Source: a virus
DNA: 64,000 bases
Strand: one strand, 5' to 3'
Virus record (IMG/VR): IMGVR_UViG_3300027970_000006
The position numbers and the translations under genes were made by a program. Numbering within the stretch: the stretch's first letter is position 1; the number at the start of each line of letters is the position of its first letter. The notes below the pieces were generated by a model. It worked only from the letters and a program-made list of their open reading frames with translations, did no database searches and was not told the origin of the DNA. Below, one piece after another: positions 37,751 to 46,214 of this stretch.

Positions 37751-38878
37751 TTAAATTACATATATTTGACGAGGCATTGCTCTAAACTTTAATTGTTTGT
37801 TAAGATTTTCAGCCAACAAAGCTTCTCTCTCCATTATTTTTTCAGGACGAAGTCTTGTAAGTCTGCCATCAGCACCAATAAGTTCATCAATCAATTTAGT
37901 TTTTTCATCTTTAGCTTCGGTTGATAAAGATGCGTAATCCATTTGTAAATCACCATCAGGAGCTTTTAAATTACCACTAAACTTACCACGAACTCTTGCC
38001 AACGTTTCTTTACAATATGCGGTAAACCATCTTCTAACCCAAACTTGAGCGGGGTTATTTAGTTTATACCAACTAATTTTATCGTATGGAACATCTGAAG
38101 GTAATAAAATAATATCAGGATTATCTGCCAAACACTTATCTCTATCTCCTTGTGAAGTATCATAATACCAATACCAAACTTGTCCTTTTGATAATTCTGC
38201 GTTTCCAAAATCAAATTTACCCCCCGGTGTGTTTAGAAGGTGTAACGCTTTTTTTCCACCAGGAAGTGCGGTAATATAATAAGTTAAATCTCCTGCGTAT
38301 ATTCTTCTTTGGATGTTAACTTCTTGCATTCTTAATAGGGTGTCAAACGCTGGTGTTAAATAATAACTTCCTGCCATATTACCAATCTGAGCAAGACCTC
38401 CTCCACCTCCAAGACCTGTTCCAATTCCAACACCAGCAAAACCTCCTAAACCAAACATTAGGTTGTTTAACGTTGATGGTGTAAACCATAAAACCTCATT
38501 TATTTCACGACCTGCCGGTATTTCATATATTTGTTGGTTAGGAACTAACTGAATGTAATCTTTTTTAATTTCCCAGTCACCTCCGGCTTGTAGACCAACT
38601 ATTTTAGAATATGCGTATGTGTATCTTGTTTCAAAATCTAAACTTTTTGTGATAAATGCTCTTGATAGAGATTGTGTGTCTAGATTTAAATTATAAAGTG
38701 ATGTCCATTGTGATTCTGTTAACCAATCTTGAACATATTGCGAATATTCGTCAATGGAATATTCCAACAAAGTATCCATCATTTCATCTTCTAATTCAAC
38801 AGATCTAAGAGGTGCCCCCAATAAATGTCTTACCTTTTGATAGAATTGACTTCTTTCTGGTTCATTAATAATTGCCAT
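37751..38878 (-). CDS. Neck/head-completion protein (T4 gp13-like)
   Basis: LGAPLRSVELEDE N-terminus; KETLARVRGKF...PDGDLQMD C-terminus. Confidence 0.65.
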   Translation of the reverse strand: MAIINEPERSQFYQKVRHLLGAPLRSVELEDEMMDTLLEYSIDEYSQYVQDWLTESQWTSLYNLNLDTQSLSRAFITKSLDFETRYTYAYSKIVGLQAGGDWEIKKDYIQLVPNQQIYEIPAGREINEVLWFTPSTLNNLMFGLGGFAGVGIGTGLGGGGGLAQIGNMAGSYYLTPAFDTLLRMQEVNIQRRIYAGDLTYYITALPGGKKALHLLNTPGGKFDFGNAELSKGQVWYWYYDTSQGDRDKCLADNPDIILLPSDVPYDKISWYKLNNPAQVWVRRWFTAYCKETLARVRGKFSGNLKAPDGDLQMDYASLSTEAKDEKTKLIDELIGADGRLTRLRPEKIMEREALLAENLNKQLKFRAMPRQIYVI

Positions 38879-38907
38879 AGGAGTTTTCTTTATAAATATC
38901 TTAAAAT

Positions 38908-41025
38908 TTATTTAAGTACTTGTTGAATATCCATTTTAAATCTGTCGTTCTTTGATAACTTATTAATGATATCTTGAGGAATATTATCCCCCAACTTATT
39001 AACACCGTATTGTGATCCTAATTGATTGAATAAATCTAATATTTCTTTTGTTTTTTCGTCACCAAGCAAAAAAGATGTATATTCTTCATCAGAGATTATT
39101 GGAAATTTTATTGATCCTTTTGTTGGTGCAGTGTCAGAGTCAGTTAATTTCAATACTTTAGTTGAAAATCTAATTTGTTTTGACCCTTTGGTTTTTGGGT
39201 TTACGGTCATTCCCGGTGTTTTTATTATGTTTTTTAATTTTTCTTTATCATAATAAAATAAAACTATTTTAAAATCTTCTTGAGGTATTCCAAGTAACAT
39301 TCCATCAACATCTTTTAACAAATAATCTATTAAGTCTTCTGCAATATTTTTAAAATCTTGATTTGTGCTATTGATAAGATAACTTATTGGGTTTGGGGTA
39401 TTGGACATTAAAATAAGTTCTTTTTTATTTTCATCACTTCCTGTGTAGTTGTTTATATATTCACCTAAAGAATAATTAACACCTTTAAGAACAACAGACT
39501 CATTTAAATCTCTAATAATTTTACAAGAAATTTTTTCAGATTGTGGAGTAATAATATCATATGGGGTATTTAATCCTTCAGATATTGTCCCCCCTAATAA
39601 ACCAGATATTAATCCCTCAAATTCAAACCCTCTAACCCTACTTCTGTAAAATCTACTATAATAGTTATTAAACCTAAATCTTGATCTTTCTGATACTGTA
39701 TTTAAATCCAAAGTCATAAGTCCATTTATGGTTCTATCAAAATTCAAATTACCCCTTTCAATTTCGGCAGTTATAATGTTATTTATTGCAACATTAGCAC
39801 TTTCCATATCTAAAGGAATTAATCTAATTTTTTGTAATTCTTTTTCCATTGTTTGTTTTAAACCCATATTTGTCTCTTCGTTTTCTAATAAAAATTTTAA
39901 ATGAGATTCATTTAATTTCTTTTTTGTTTTTACTTTTGATAGATAAAGTTGATTTACAAAATCCCAATTAACAACATCCCAAAACTTTTGTATGTATTCG
40001 TCTCTTTTGTTTTGGTATTTTAAGTAATAAGCGTGTTCCCAAACATCAAGACCTAAAATTGGATAACCCCCCTTTTTAACAATATTCATTAAAGGGTTAT
40101 CTTGATTTGGTAAAGACATGATTTTTAATTTTCCTTCTTTTGTTAAATATAACCAAGACCACCCTGACCCAAAACGATCTTTGGCGGCTTGATTAAATTT
40201 ATCTTTCATTTTTTTAATGTTCCCAAAATCTTTTTTAATTTTTTCATAAACTTCACCATGAGGTCTTTGTTTTTTGGGAGACAACATTTTCCAAAATAAT
40301 GCGTGATTAAAAGCCCCTCCAGCATTATTTCTAATGACATTATCAAATTTACTAATGGATCTAATGATTTCTTCTAATGTCATATCACCATCTTTATCTT
40401 TAAGTGCTTTGTTTAATTTATCAACATAACCTTTATAATGTTTTTTGTAATGAACATTCATTGTTTTTGTATCAATAAATCTAGATAAAGACGAATATGA
40501 ATATGGAAGTTTTTCCACACCTATTGTTTTCATTTCAACCAACAAACTTTCTTTGATTGATGTTTTTTCTGATATTAGTATTTCTTCGTTTAATATATTA
40601 ATTCTTTTTTCAATTCCTTTACCTTCATACATTTTTGGTTCGTAATCTGGATTTTCTTTTTCAAATATCTTAACAATTCTTCCTGCAAATGCGTTTGCTT
40701 CGTCTTCATTTTGACCACCAATGTTTGGTCCGTGTTCTCTTTTTAGAATATCCATTTGATATTCATGAACCCATTCATGCGCTAATGTTCTCATAATATC
40801 TCGGTTCATTCTATCACCAACCAATACTTTTATAACATTATCACCCCTTCTGCTACCTGTAGACATTTCTCCTTTCTTTTGATTTAAAAAAAATATCTTT
40901 AAATCATTTTTTAATGGAAATTCTCGTTGCAAAAGTTTTACAAACTTATTAATAAAGTCAGAATGTTTTTTAAAATCTTTATTTTCGTAACTGAATGATA
41001 CTTTCATGTTAATTTGGAACCTCAA
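38908..41025 (-). CDS. Fusion: HExxH metallopeptidase-like + Mn/Fe superoxide dismutase + C-terminal domain
   Basis: LAHEWVHE...EDEANA; LPYSY...TMNVHYKKH...NNAGGAFNH...FGSGW...NQD...DVWEHAYY. Confidence 0.85.
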   Translation of the reverse strand: MRFQINMKVSFSYENKDFKKHSDFINKFVKLLQREFPLKNDLKIFFLNQKKGEMSTGSRRGDNVIKVLVGDRMNRDIMRTLAHEWVHEYQMDILKREHGPNIGGQNEDEANAFAGRIVKIFEKENPDYEPKMYEGKGIEKRINILNEEILISEKTSIKESLLVEMKTIGVEKLPYSYSSLSRFIDTKTMNVHYKKHYKGYVDKLNKALKDKDGDMTLEEIIRSISKFDNVIRNNAGGAFNHALFWKMLSPKKQRPHGEVYEKIKKDFGNIKKMKDKFNQAAKDRFGSGWSWLYLTKEGKLKIMSLPNQDNPLMNIVKKGGYPILGLDVWEHAYYLKYQNKRDEYIQKFWDVVNWDFVNQLYLSKVKTKKKLNESHLKFLLENEETNMGLKQTMEKELQKIRLIPLDMESANVAINNIITAEIERGNLNFDRTINGLMTLDLNTVSERSRFRFNNYYSRFYRSRVRGFEFEGLISGLLGGTISEGLNTPYDIITPQSEKISCKIIRDLNESVVLKGVNYSLGEYINNYTGSDENKKELILMSNTPNPISYLINSTNQDFKNIAEDLIDYLLKDVDGMLLGIPQEDFKIVLFYYDKEKLKNIIKTPGMTVNPKTKGSKQIRFSTKVLKLTDSDTAPTKGSIKFPIISDEEYTSFLLGDEKTKEILDLFNQLGSQYGVNKLGDNIPQDIINKLSKNDRFKMDIQQVLK

Positions 41026-41437
41026 AGAATATAAAATCGGACTCTAAAATATAAGGTCCTAAGTTTGTTATGTATCTTACGGACGCTTTATAATCACCTG
41101 TCATCATAGGTGTATAAAAACTTGAGGTTCCCTCAAAAATAATATCTGAGTTAAAATACCAAGTCCATGTTGTTGATCTTACGGGTATTGGAAATTGGGT
41201 TGGTGTCATTGCAAATAAATTAGTCCCATCGTTCATTATATCTAATCTATTTCCAAAAACTAAAGATAACATCGCATTTTTAAGTTCATCAATTTGACCT
41301 TGTAAATCAACGTCCACTTGATCATTAATTGAGTCCTCTGTGGAAATTTTTGTTTCTAACGATTCGTCTATTGAATCTAATGAATTAAGTTCTTCACTTA
41401 GTCCACTAATCTGATCTTGATTTAATTTTGTTGGCAT
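41009..41437 (-). CDS. Short fibre-related protein (coiled coil plus small beta domain)
   Basis: SLDSIDESLETKISTEDS resembles repeats of 18699..21530. Confidence 0.5.
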   Translation of the reverse strand: MPTKLNQDQISGLSEELNSLDSIDESLETKISTEDSINDQVDVDLQGQIDELKNAMLSLVFGNRLDIMNDGTNLFAMTPTQFPIPVRSTTWTWYFNSDIIFEGTSSFYTPMMTGDYKASVRYITNLGPYILESDFIFFEVPN

Positions 41438-41461
41438 AAATTATTTATTTATAAATAAATA

Positions 41462-44323
41462 TCACCTTTTGTTAATTAGATTTAATATTTCTTCTGCAAC
41501 ATCACCAACATTTTGAGATATCTGATCTCCCATAACGGTTCTAATGATTTCTTTTTTCTTATTTAAAATATCATAAATCGCTCCCTCGATTGTGTTTTCA
41601 TATAAAGGATAATAAACTAACACGTTTGATTTTTGTCCATAACGATATGCCCGATCTTCTGCTTGAGCATGTTCTGCAGGAACAAATGATAAATCATTCA
41701 TTATAACAACCTCGGCAGATGTTAAAGTTAAACCAACACCGGCCGCCTTTAAATTCCCAACAAAAACTTTAATTTTTTCATCATTTTGAAATGAGTCAAC
41801 CGCTTGTTGACGAACTGCATTTGAACAACTTCCGTCAAGATAAACCGCTTTTTTTCCAAAATGTTGATAGATTGTTTGAAGGGTATCGGTAAAATTTGTG
41901 AAAATAATTATTTTTTTATCTTGTTCTAAAATGTTTTCGGCAAATTCTATTGTTTGTTTTGTTTTTTCATTTGCAATTACTTTTCTAACTTTCATTAACT
42001 TTGAAAACTGAACCGTAAGTGATGAAGACTCATCTGTGTTTTTATCATACCAATCATAATATTCACCCATAAGATCTTCATATTCTTTTGATTTTAATCT
42101 TAAATAAACAGGTGTAATAATTTTATCGGGTAAATCTAAAACATCTTCTTTTAATCTACGAAGAATTTGTTTTGAAGTTCTATCTCTTAATTCTTCAAGG
42201 TTAGACGCTCCCGACACATTCCATACTTTTCTGTTTCCTGCTTTAAATTGATACCCCTGACAATATCGGATGGCATACGCCATCCAATTTTGTGCGACGG
42301 AGCTTTCAATGATATTCAAAAGATTATAATAATTCATAGGTCGTGAAGTCATCGGTGTTCCCGTTAACAACCACACTCTATTAATTTTTTTAACAAAACT
42401 ATTTATGATTTTTGTTCTTTGTGCTTGAGCGTTTGAGATCATATGTGCCTCATCCAAAATAACTAAATCAAAATTACATTGTTCTAATAAAGTTAATTCC
42501 TTACTCTTTGGGTCGTGAAAGTTTTTTAATATATCATAGTTGATGATCACAAAATCATGTTCGGTTGAAAACTTTTTTCCTTCACAAATAAAAATAGACC
42601 TGTCAGAGTAATTTTCAATTTCTCTTTGCCAATTTATTTTTAATGATGCCGGACAAACAATTAATATTTTTTTTGATCCTGTTTCTAAAGATGCGATAAT
42701 TGTTGATGTTGTATTATGAGTTACGATACAATGTTCGGTTACATATAGTTTATCAGGAGAGTCTACTGAAATACAAACACTTTTTTCAAACCCAACCTTT
42801 TCAATATTTTTAATAAATCTACCAGTTGGATATTTTGTTGGTTCAACATACCTTTCGGATTTTCGTTTTAATCTGAAAGGGTTCAGTCCTTTTGGTAGTT
42901 TAATATTAACCCTATATGCTAACTGACCTTTCTTTTTTTCACCATTATGAGTGTATGTCGGGATACGTGTTTTAACCCTTGCGATACCACCTAATGTTTG
43001 AACCACCTCAACAACATCATCACAAAGTTGTTTTGAAATGGTGGAGAATTCAGTCCCTAAAAACTTCCCACTACCATTAAACATACAATGACCGTCAGTA
43101 TCCATTAATCCTTGTAAAATTGATAATCTATTTTCAATTGATGAATATTTGTATATTTCTGGAATAAATTTGTTATGGGAACGGGTGTGTTCGATACCTA
43201 AATCATATAAAGACAAATTCACATTAATATATCCATTTCTTTTATTACCTTGTGATTTATTTTCTTTTAAATTTAGTGAAGTAAATAAATTATCATAATC
43301 GTCTTTATGAACTGAAAATCTAATATTTTTTTTATTGAACGAACCATCACCTAGAGCAAGACCTAACAAATATGGGTCAATTGGAAGATTGTCGTTACGT
43401 TCAAATTGAATTGATTCTACAATAGGAATTTGCCATTTATTATTTCCGTTTGGTGATTTGAAATAAGTTTCAATTTCATATTCGTTATCTTTATTATAAC
43501 CAATACCTTTAACTCTAATTTTACCACCTTCAAACATTTGTTTTGTTGATAACACTAAAGATTTTTTTCGTCTTTCGTTTTTTCTATTTTTACCATAATT
43601 GGGCGATGAAACAGACCACAAATGTTCATCACCGGCCAAAATAGAAAATCCGTCATTAAATGTAATTTTATATGTTTCCTTAACTCCCTGTGGAAATACA
43701 CCAACTACATTATGGGGTTTACCGTCACTACCAATAACTTTATCTCCAACTCTAATATCCCCAATTTTTTTTGTTCCTGATGGAGTATAAACTGGAGTTT
43801 TTACGGGCAAGAATTTACCGAGTCCCATATCGTCTGCCAAAATAAATCTTTTTGATCCTGCCAATTTTTCAATTGCAATTTTTTGATGAGAAAGTGGAGG
43901 ACGATGTGAATACTTCGTATAATCAATAGAAACAGATTGGACATTATGTGTTTTAATTAATGCTGATTTAGGAACCCAAAATTCTGATAGTTTATCTTCA
44001 TCAAAAAACTTACCCCAAACATGATAAGATTTTTCTTTTTCAACCAACAACTTTTCAATATAAATTTGTTCGGGTGTTTTTAACAAACATCTTTCCTCTG
44101 AAAACTTTTTAGAAAAATAACTATCAAGATCAACCCATTTACGAGCAACTTTAGGTGTTGTGTCGTAATAGGATATAATATAATCTGATTGAGTTCTTGT
44201 TGGGTAAAACTTTTTGGATGATTCTTTTTTGTTTTTAAGATATAAGATATAGTTATTGGCTCCACTATAGGTGTCAAGTAATTCTAATGCTTTATGCTCA
44301 ATAAGAGGTTTTATATTTTCCAA
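41462..44323 (-). CDS. SNF2/SWI2-family helicase containing an intein (likely TTG start at 44323)
   Basis: LADDMGLGK/T Walker A, DEAH, LTGTP, LRRLK, GVGLTL, QAEDRAYRYGQ. Confidence 0.92.
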   Translation of the reverse strand: MENIKPLIEHKALELLDTYSGANNYILYLKNKKESSKKFYPTRTQSDYIISYYDTTPKVARKWVDLDSYFSKKFSEERCLLKTPEQIYIEKLLVEKEKSYHVWGKFFDEDKLSEFWVPKSALIKTHNVQSVSIDYTKYSHRPPLSHQKIAIEKLAGSKRFILADDMGLGKFLPVKTPVYTPSGTKKIGDIRVGDKVIGSDGKPHNVVGVFPQGVKETYKITFNDGFSILAGDEHLWSVSSPNYGKNRKNERRKKSLVLSTKQMFEGGKIRVKGIGYNKDNEYEIETYFKSPNGNNKWQIPIVESIQFERNDNLPIDPYLLGLALGDGSFNKKNIRFSVHKDDYDNLFTSLNLKENKSQGNKRNGYINVNLSLYDLGIEHTRSHNKFIPEIYKYSSIENRLSILQGLMDTDGHCMFNGSGKFLGTEFSTISKQLCDDVVEVVQTLGGIARVKTRIPTYTHNGEKKKGQLAYRVNIKLPKGLNPFRLKRKSERYVEPTKYPTGRFIKNIEKVGFEKSVCISVDSPDKLYVTEHCIVTHNTTSTIIASLETGSKKILIVCPASLKINWQREIENYSDRSIFICEGKKFSTEHDFVIINYDILKNFHDPKSKELTLLEQCNFDLVILDEAHMISNAQAQRTKIINSFVKKINRVWLLTGTPMTSRPMNYYNLLNIIESSVAQNWMAYAIRYCQGYQFKAGNRKVWNVSGASNLEELRDRTSKQILRRLKEDVLDLPDKIITPVYLRLKSKEYEDLMGEYYDWYDKNTDESSSLTVQFSKLMKVRKVIANEKTKQTIEFAENILEQDKKIIIFTNFTDTLQTIYQHFGKKAVYLDGSCSNAVRQQAVDSFQNDEKIKVFVGNLKAAGVGLTLTSAEVVIMNDLSFVPAEHAQAEDRAYRYGQKSNVLVYYPLYENTIEGAIYDILNKKKEIIRTVMGDQISQNVGDVAEEILNLINKR
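42713..43813 (-). mobile_element. Class 3 intein with LAGLIDADG homing endonuclease (367 aa)
   Basis: Inserted GK|T in Walker A; ends VTHN|T; LLGLALGDG and LQGLMDTDG motifs; W-C-T triad. Confidence 0.9.
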
Positions 44324-44383
44324 ACCTATTCTTTTAATAAAAATAATAATAAAAGTAATATTTATCAATAAAAAAGATTTTTT

Positions 44384-44896
44384 ATGAGAAATAATGTTCC
44401 AATAACAAGGTTAGGCAAATTTTTTGGTGAGAAAGACTTTGAATTAGAGGTTTCAATCGGTCAAGAATGGTTAATTGGTGACATGAACTATACTTGTGTA
44501 TTGTATAGAATTGATAGAAATAAAATTAAAACAGATGATGTTTATGGTGAGGTTGTTAAAGATGGTATAAAATTTTTACCCCCTGTTGAGTTCAACGCTT
44601 ATGTTGGAATTGCAGCACCTGAAAACAAAATGGTTGGGACAACCAAAATGGATCAAATGGAACCGGGAAATATAACAATGTCAGTTTATTTAAAAACATT
44701 AGAAGATTTACAAATTGACATAGACTTTGGTGATTATGTTGGTTATTACGATACTGAAAACTTTGTTCGTTATTATACGGTTGTAAATGATGGTCGTGTA
44801 GTTTCGGACATTAAACATACGTATAAAGGTTACAAACCATTTTACCGTAGTATAATCGCGGCTCCTGTCGGACCAAATGAATTTAGAGGATTATAA
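44384..44896 (+). CDS. Neck/head-closure protein (gp14-like)
   Basis: DDVYGE, position upstream of terminator and sheath. Confidence 0.55.
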   Translation: MRNNVPITRLGKFFGEKDFELEVSIGQEWLIGDMNYTCVLYRIDRNKIKTDDVYGEVVKDGIKFLPPVEFNAYVGIAAPENKMVGTTKMDQMEPGNITMSVYLKTLEDLQIDIDFGDYVGYYDTENFVRYYTVVNDGRVVSDIKHTYKGYKPFYRSIIAAPVGPNEFRGL

Positions 44897-45933
44897 TGGC
44901 ACTACCAAAACAAGTTAAACCAACAATACCTTTAAATTATCCTAAGACTCTTCTTCCAAGAAGAGAAGAAATAAAGGATATGATTACAAAGGACGGAACT
45001 TATTTACCTAAGTCATTATTACATGCAGACTTAGATAGAGGGTTTTTAGATTTTGTTAAGGAAAAATTCAATATTGTTTCAGAAGGAAATAGAATACCTG
45101 TTGTTGATATTTTAATTACAACTCAAAACTGGTCTCAATTTGTTGAAACTTGGGATTTTCAAAATATTGATAAAAACTTAGAGCCTCCATTTATAACCGT
45201 AATTAGAAATCCTGAAGTTAAATATGGAAATAACCCTGCGGTTATGTATAACATACCAAATAGACGAATGTATTATTATATGGAAGTTCCAACATGGGAT
45301 GGAAATAGACAGGGTGCTGACATTTATAAAATACCACAACCAGTCCCAATTGATTTAAAATATACCGTGGCAATAGTTTGTAATAGAATGAGAGAAGCAA
45401 ATACTCTTAATCAAAGAGTTATGGAAACATTCGCATCAAGACAAGCATATCAAACAATCAACGGACATTATATTCCAATTATTAATGATTCTTTTTCTGA
45501 TGAATCTGTTAATGATTTAGAAAAAAGAAAATATTATATTCAAAAATATGATTTCACAATGATGGGATTTTTAATTGATGAAGATCAATTTGAAGTTTAT
45601 CCTGCACTTTCAAGAACATTCCAAATGTTTGAAGTGGATCAAAGACCAATAAAAAGACCCCAAAAGAAACAACAACCACCACAATTGGAATCTATATCCT
45701 TTTCATACCCAAATAGTGCAACAACAGAAGAAAGACTTTTTGCTTATACTTGTAATTTATTTTTACTAGAAACAACAAATGTAATTTCTTTTTCTGTTTT
45801 CATTAACGATCAATATGTTGGTGATGATTTAGAACTTGTTCAGATTAATAATGGGGATGTGTTAAAAATTGTCGTGACAATTGGTGATACAGGTCAAGAA
45901 CCTTCAGTAGTTTTTACACAAAGTTTAATTTAA
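44896..45933 (+). CDS. Tail terminator / sheath stabiliser (gp15-like)
   Basis: IPQPVPIDLKY motif, position before the sheath. Confidence 0.55.
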   Translation: MALPKQVKPTIPLNYPKTLLPRREEIKDMITKDGTYLPKSLLHADLDRGFLDFVKEKFNIVSEGNRIPVVDILITTQNWSQFVETWDFQNIDKNLEPPFITVIRNPEVKYGNNPAVMYNIPNRRMYYYMEVPTWDGNRQGADIYKIPQPVPIDLKYTVAIVCNRMREANTLNQRVMETFASRQAYQTINGHYIPIINDSFSDESVNDLEKRKYYIQKYDFTMMGFLIDEDQFEVYPALSRTFQMFEVDQRPIKRPQKKQQPPQLESISFSYPNSATTEERLFAYTCNLFLLETTNVISFSVFINDQYVGDDLELVQINNGDVLKIVVTIGDTGQEPSVVFTQSLI

Positions 45934-46094
45934 TTTTCTCCGTATATATCCTTCTTTTCTTTACACTTTTCTAAAATTAAGTTTTCCAAAAACTTATACA
46001 TTTTAATACCTCTCTTATCACAATATTTTTTAAGAACATTGTGAACATCTTCGTCAATTTTTAAATTTTTTATCTTTTTGAGTTCTTTATCCAT
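45930..46094 (-). CDS. Small ribbon-helix-helix-like DNA-binding protein (54 aa, not in the ORF track)
   Basis: MDKELKKIKNLKIDEDVHNVLKKYCDKRGIKMYKFLENLILEKCKEKKDIYGEN*; TATTTATA upstream (46131-46138, minus). Confidence 0.7.
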   Translation of the reverse strand: MDKELKKIKNLKIDEDVHNVLKKYCDKRGIKMYKFLENLILEKCKEKKDIYGEN

Positions 46095-46174
46095 AGGGCA
46101 GAAAAAAGGCAGAATAAAATCATACCAAGATATAAATAGTTTTTATTTTGTAAAGTTTTTGATGAAAACCAAAG

Positions 46175-46182
46175 TATTTATA
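46175..46182 (+). promoter_or_regulatory. Putative late promoter TATTTATA (sheath); representative of about 19 copies
   Basis: Same motif upstream of most structural genes on the coding strand. Confidence 0.6.
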
Positions 46183-46214
46183 GAAAAAATAAATAATTAA
46201 AAGTATTTTACAAT

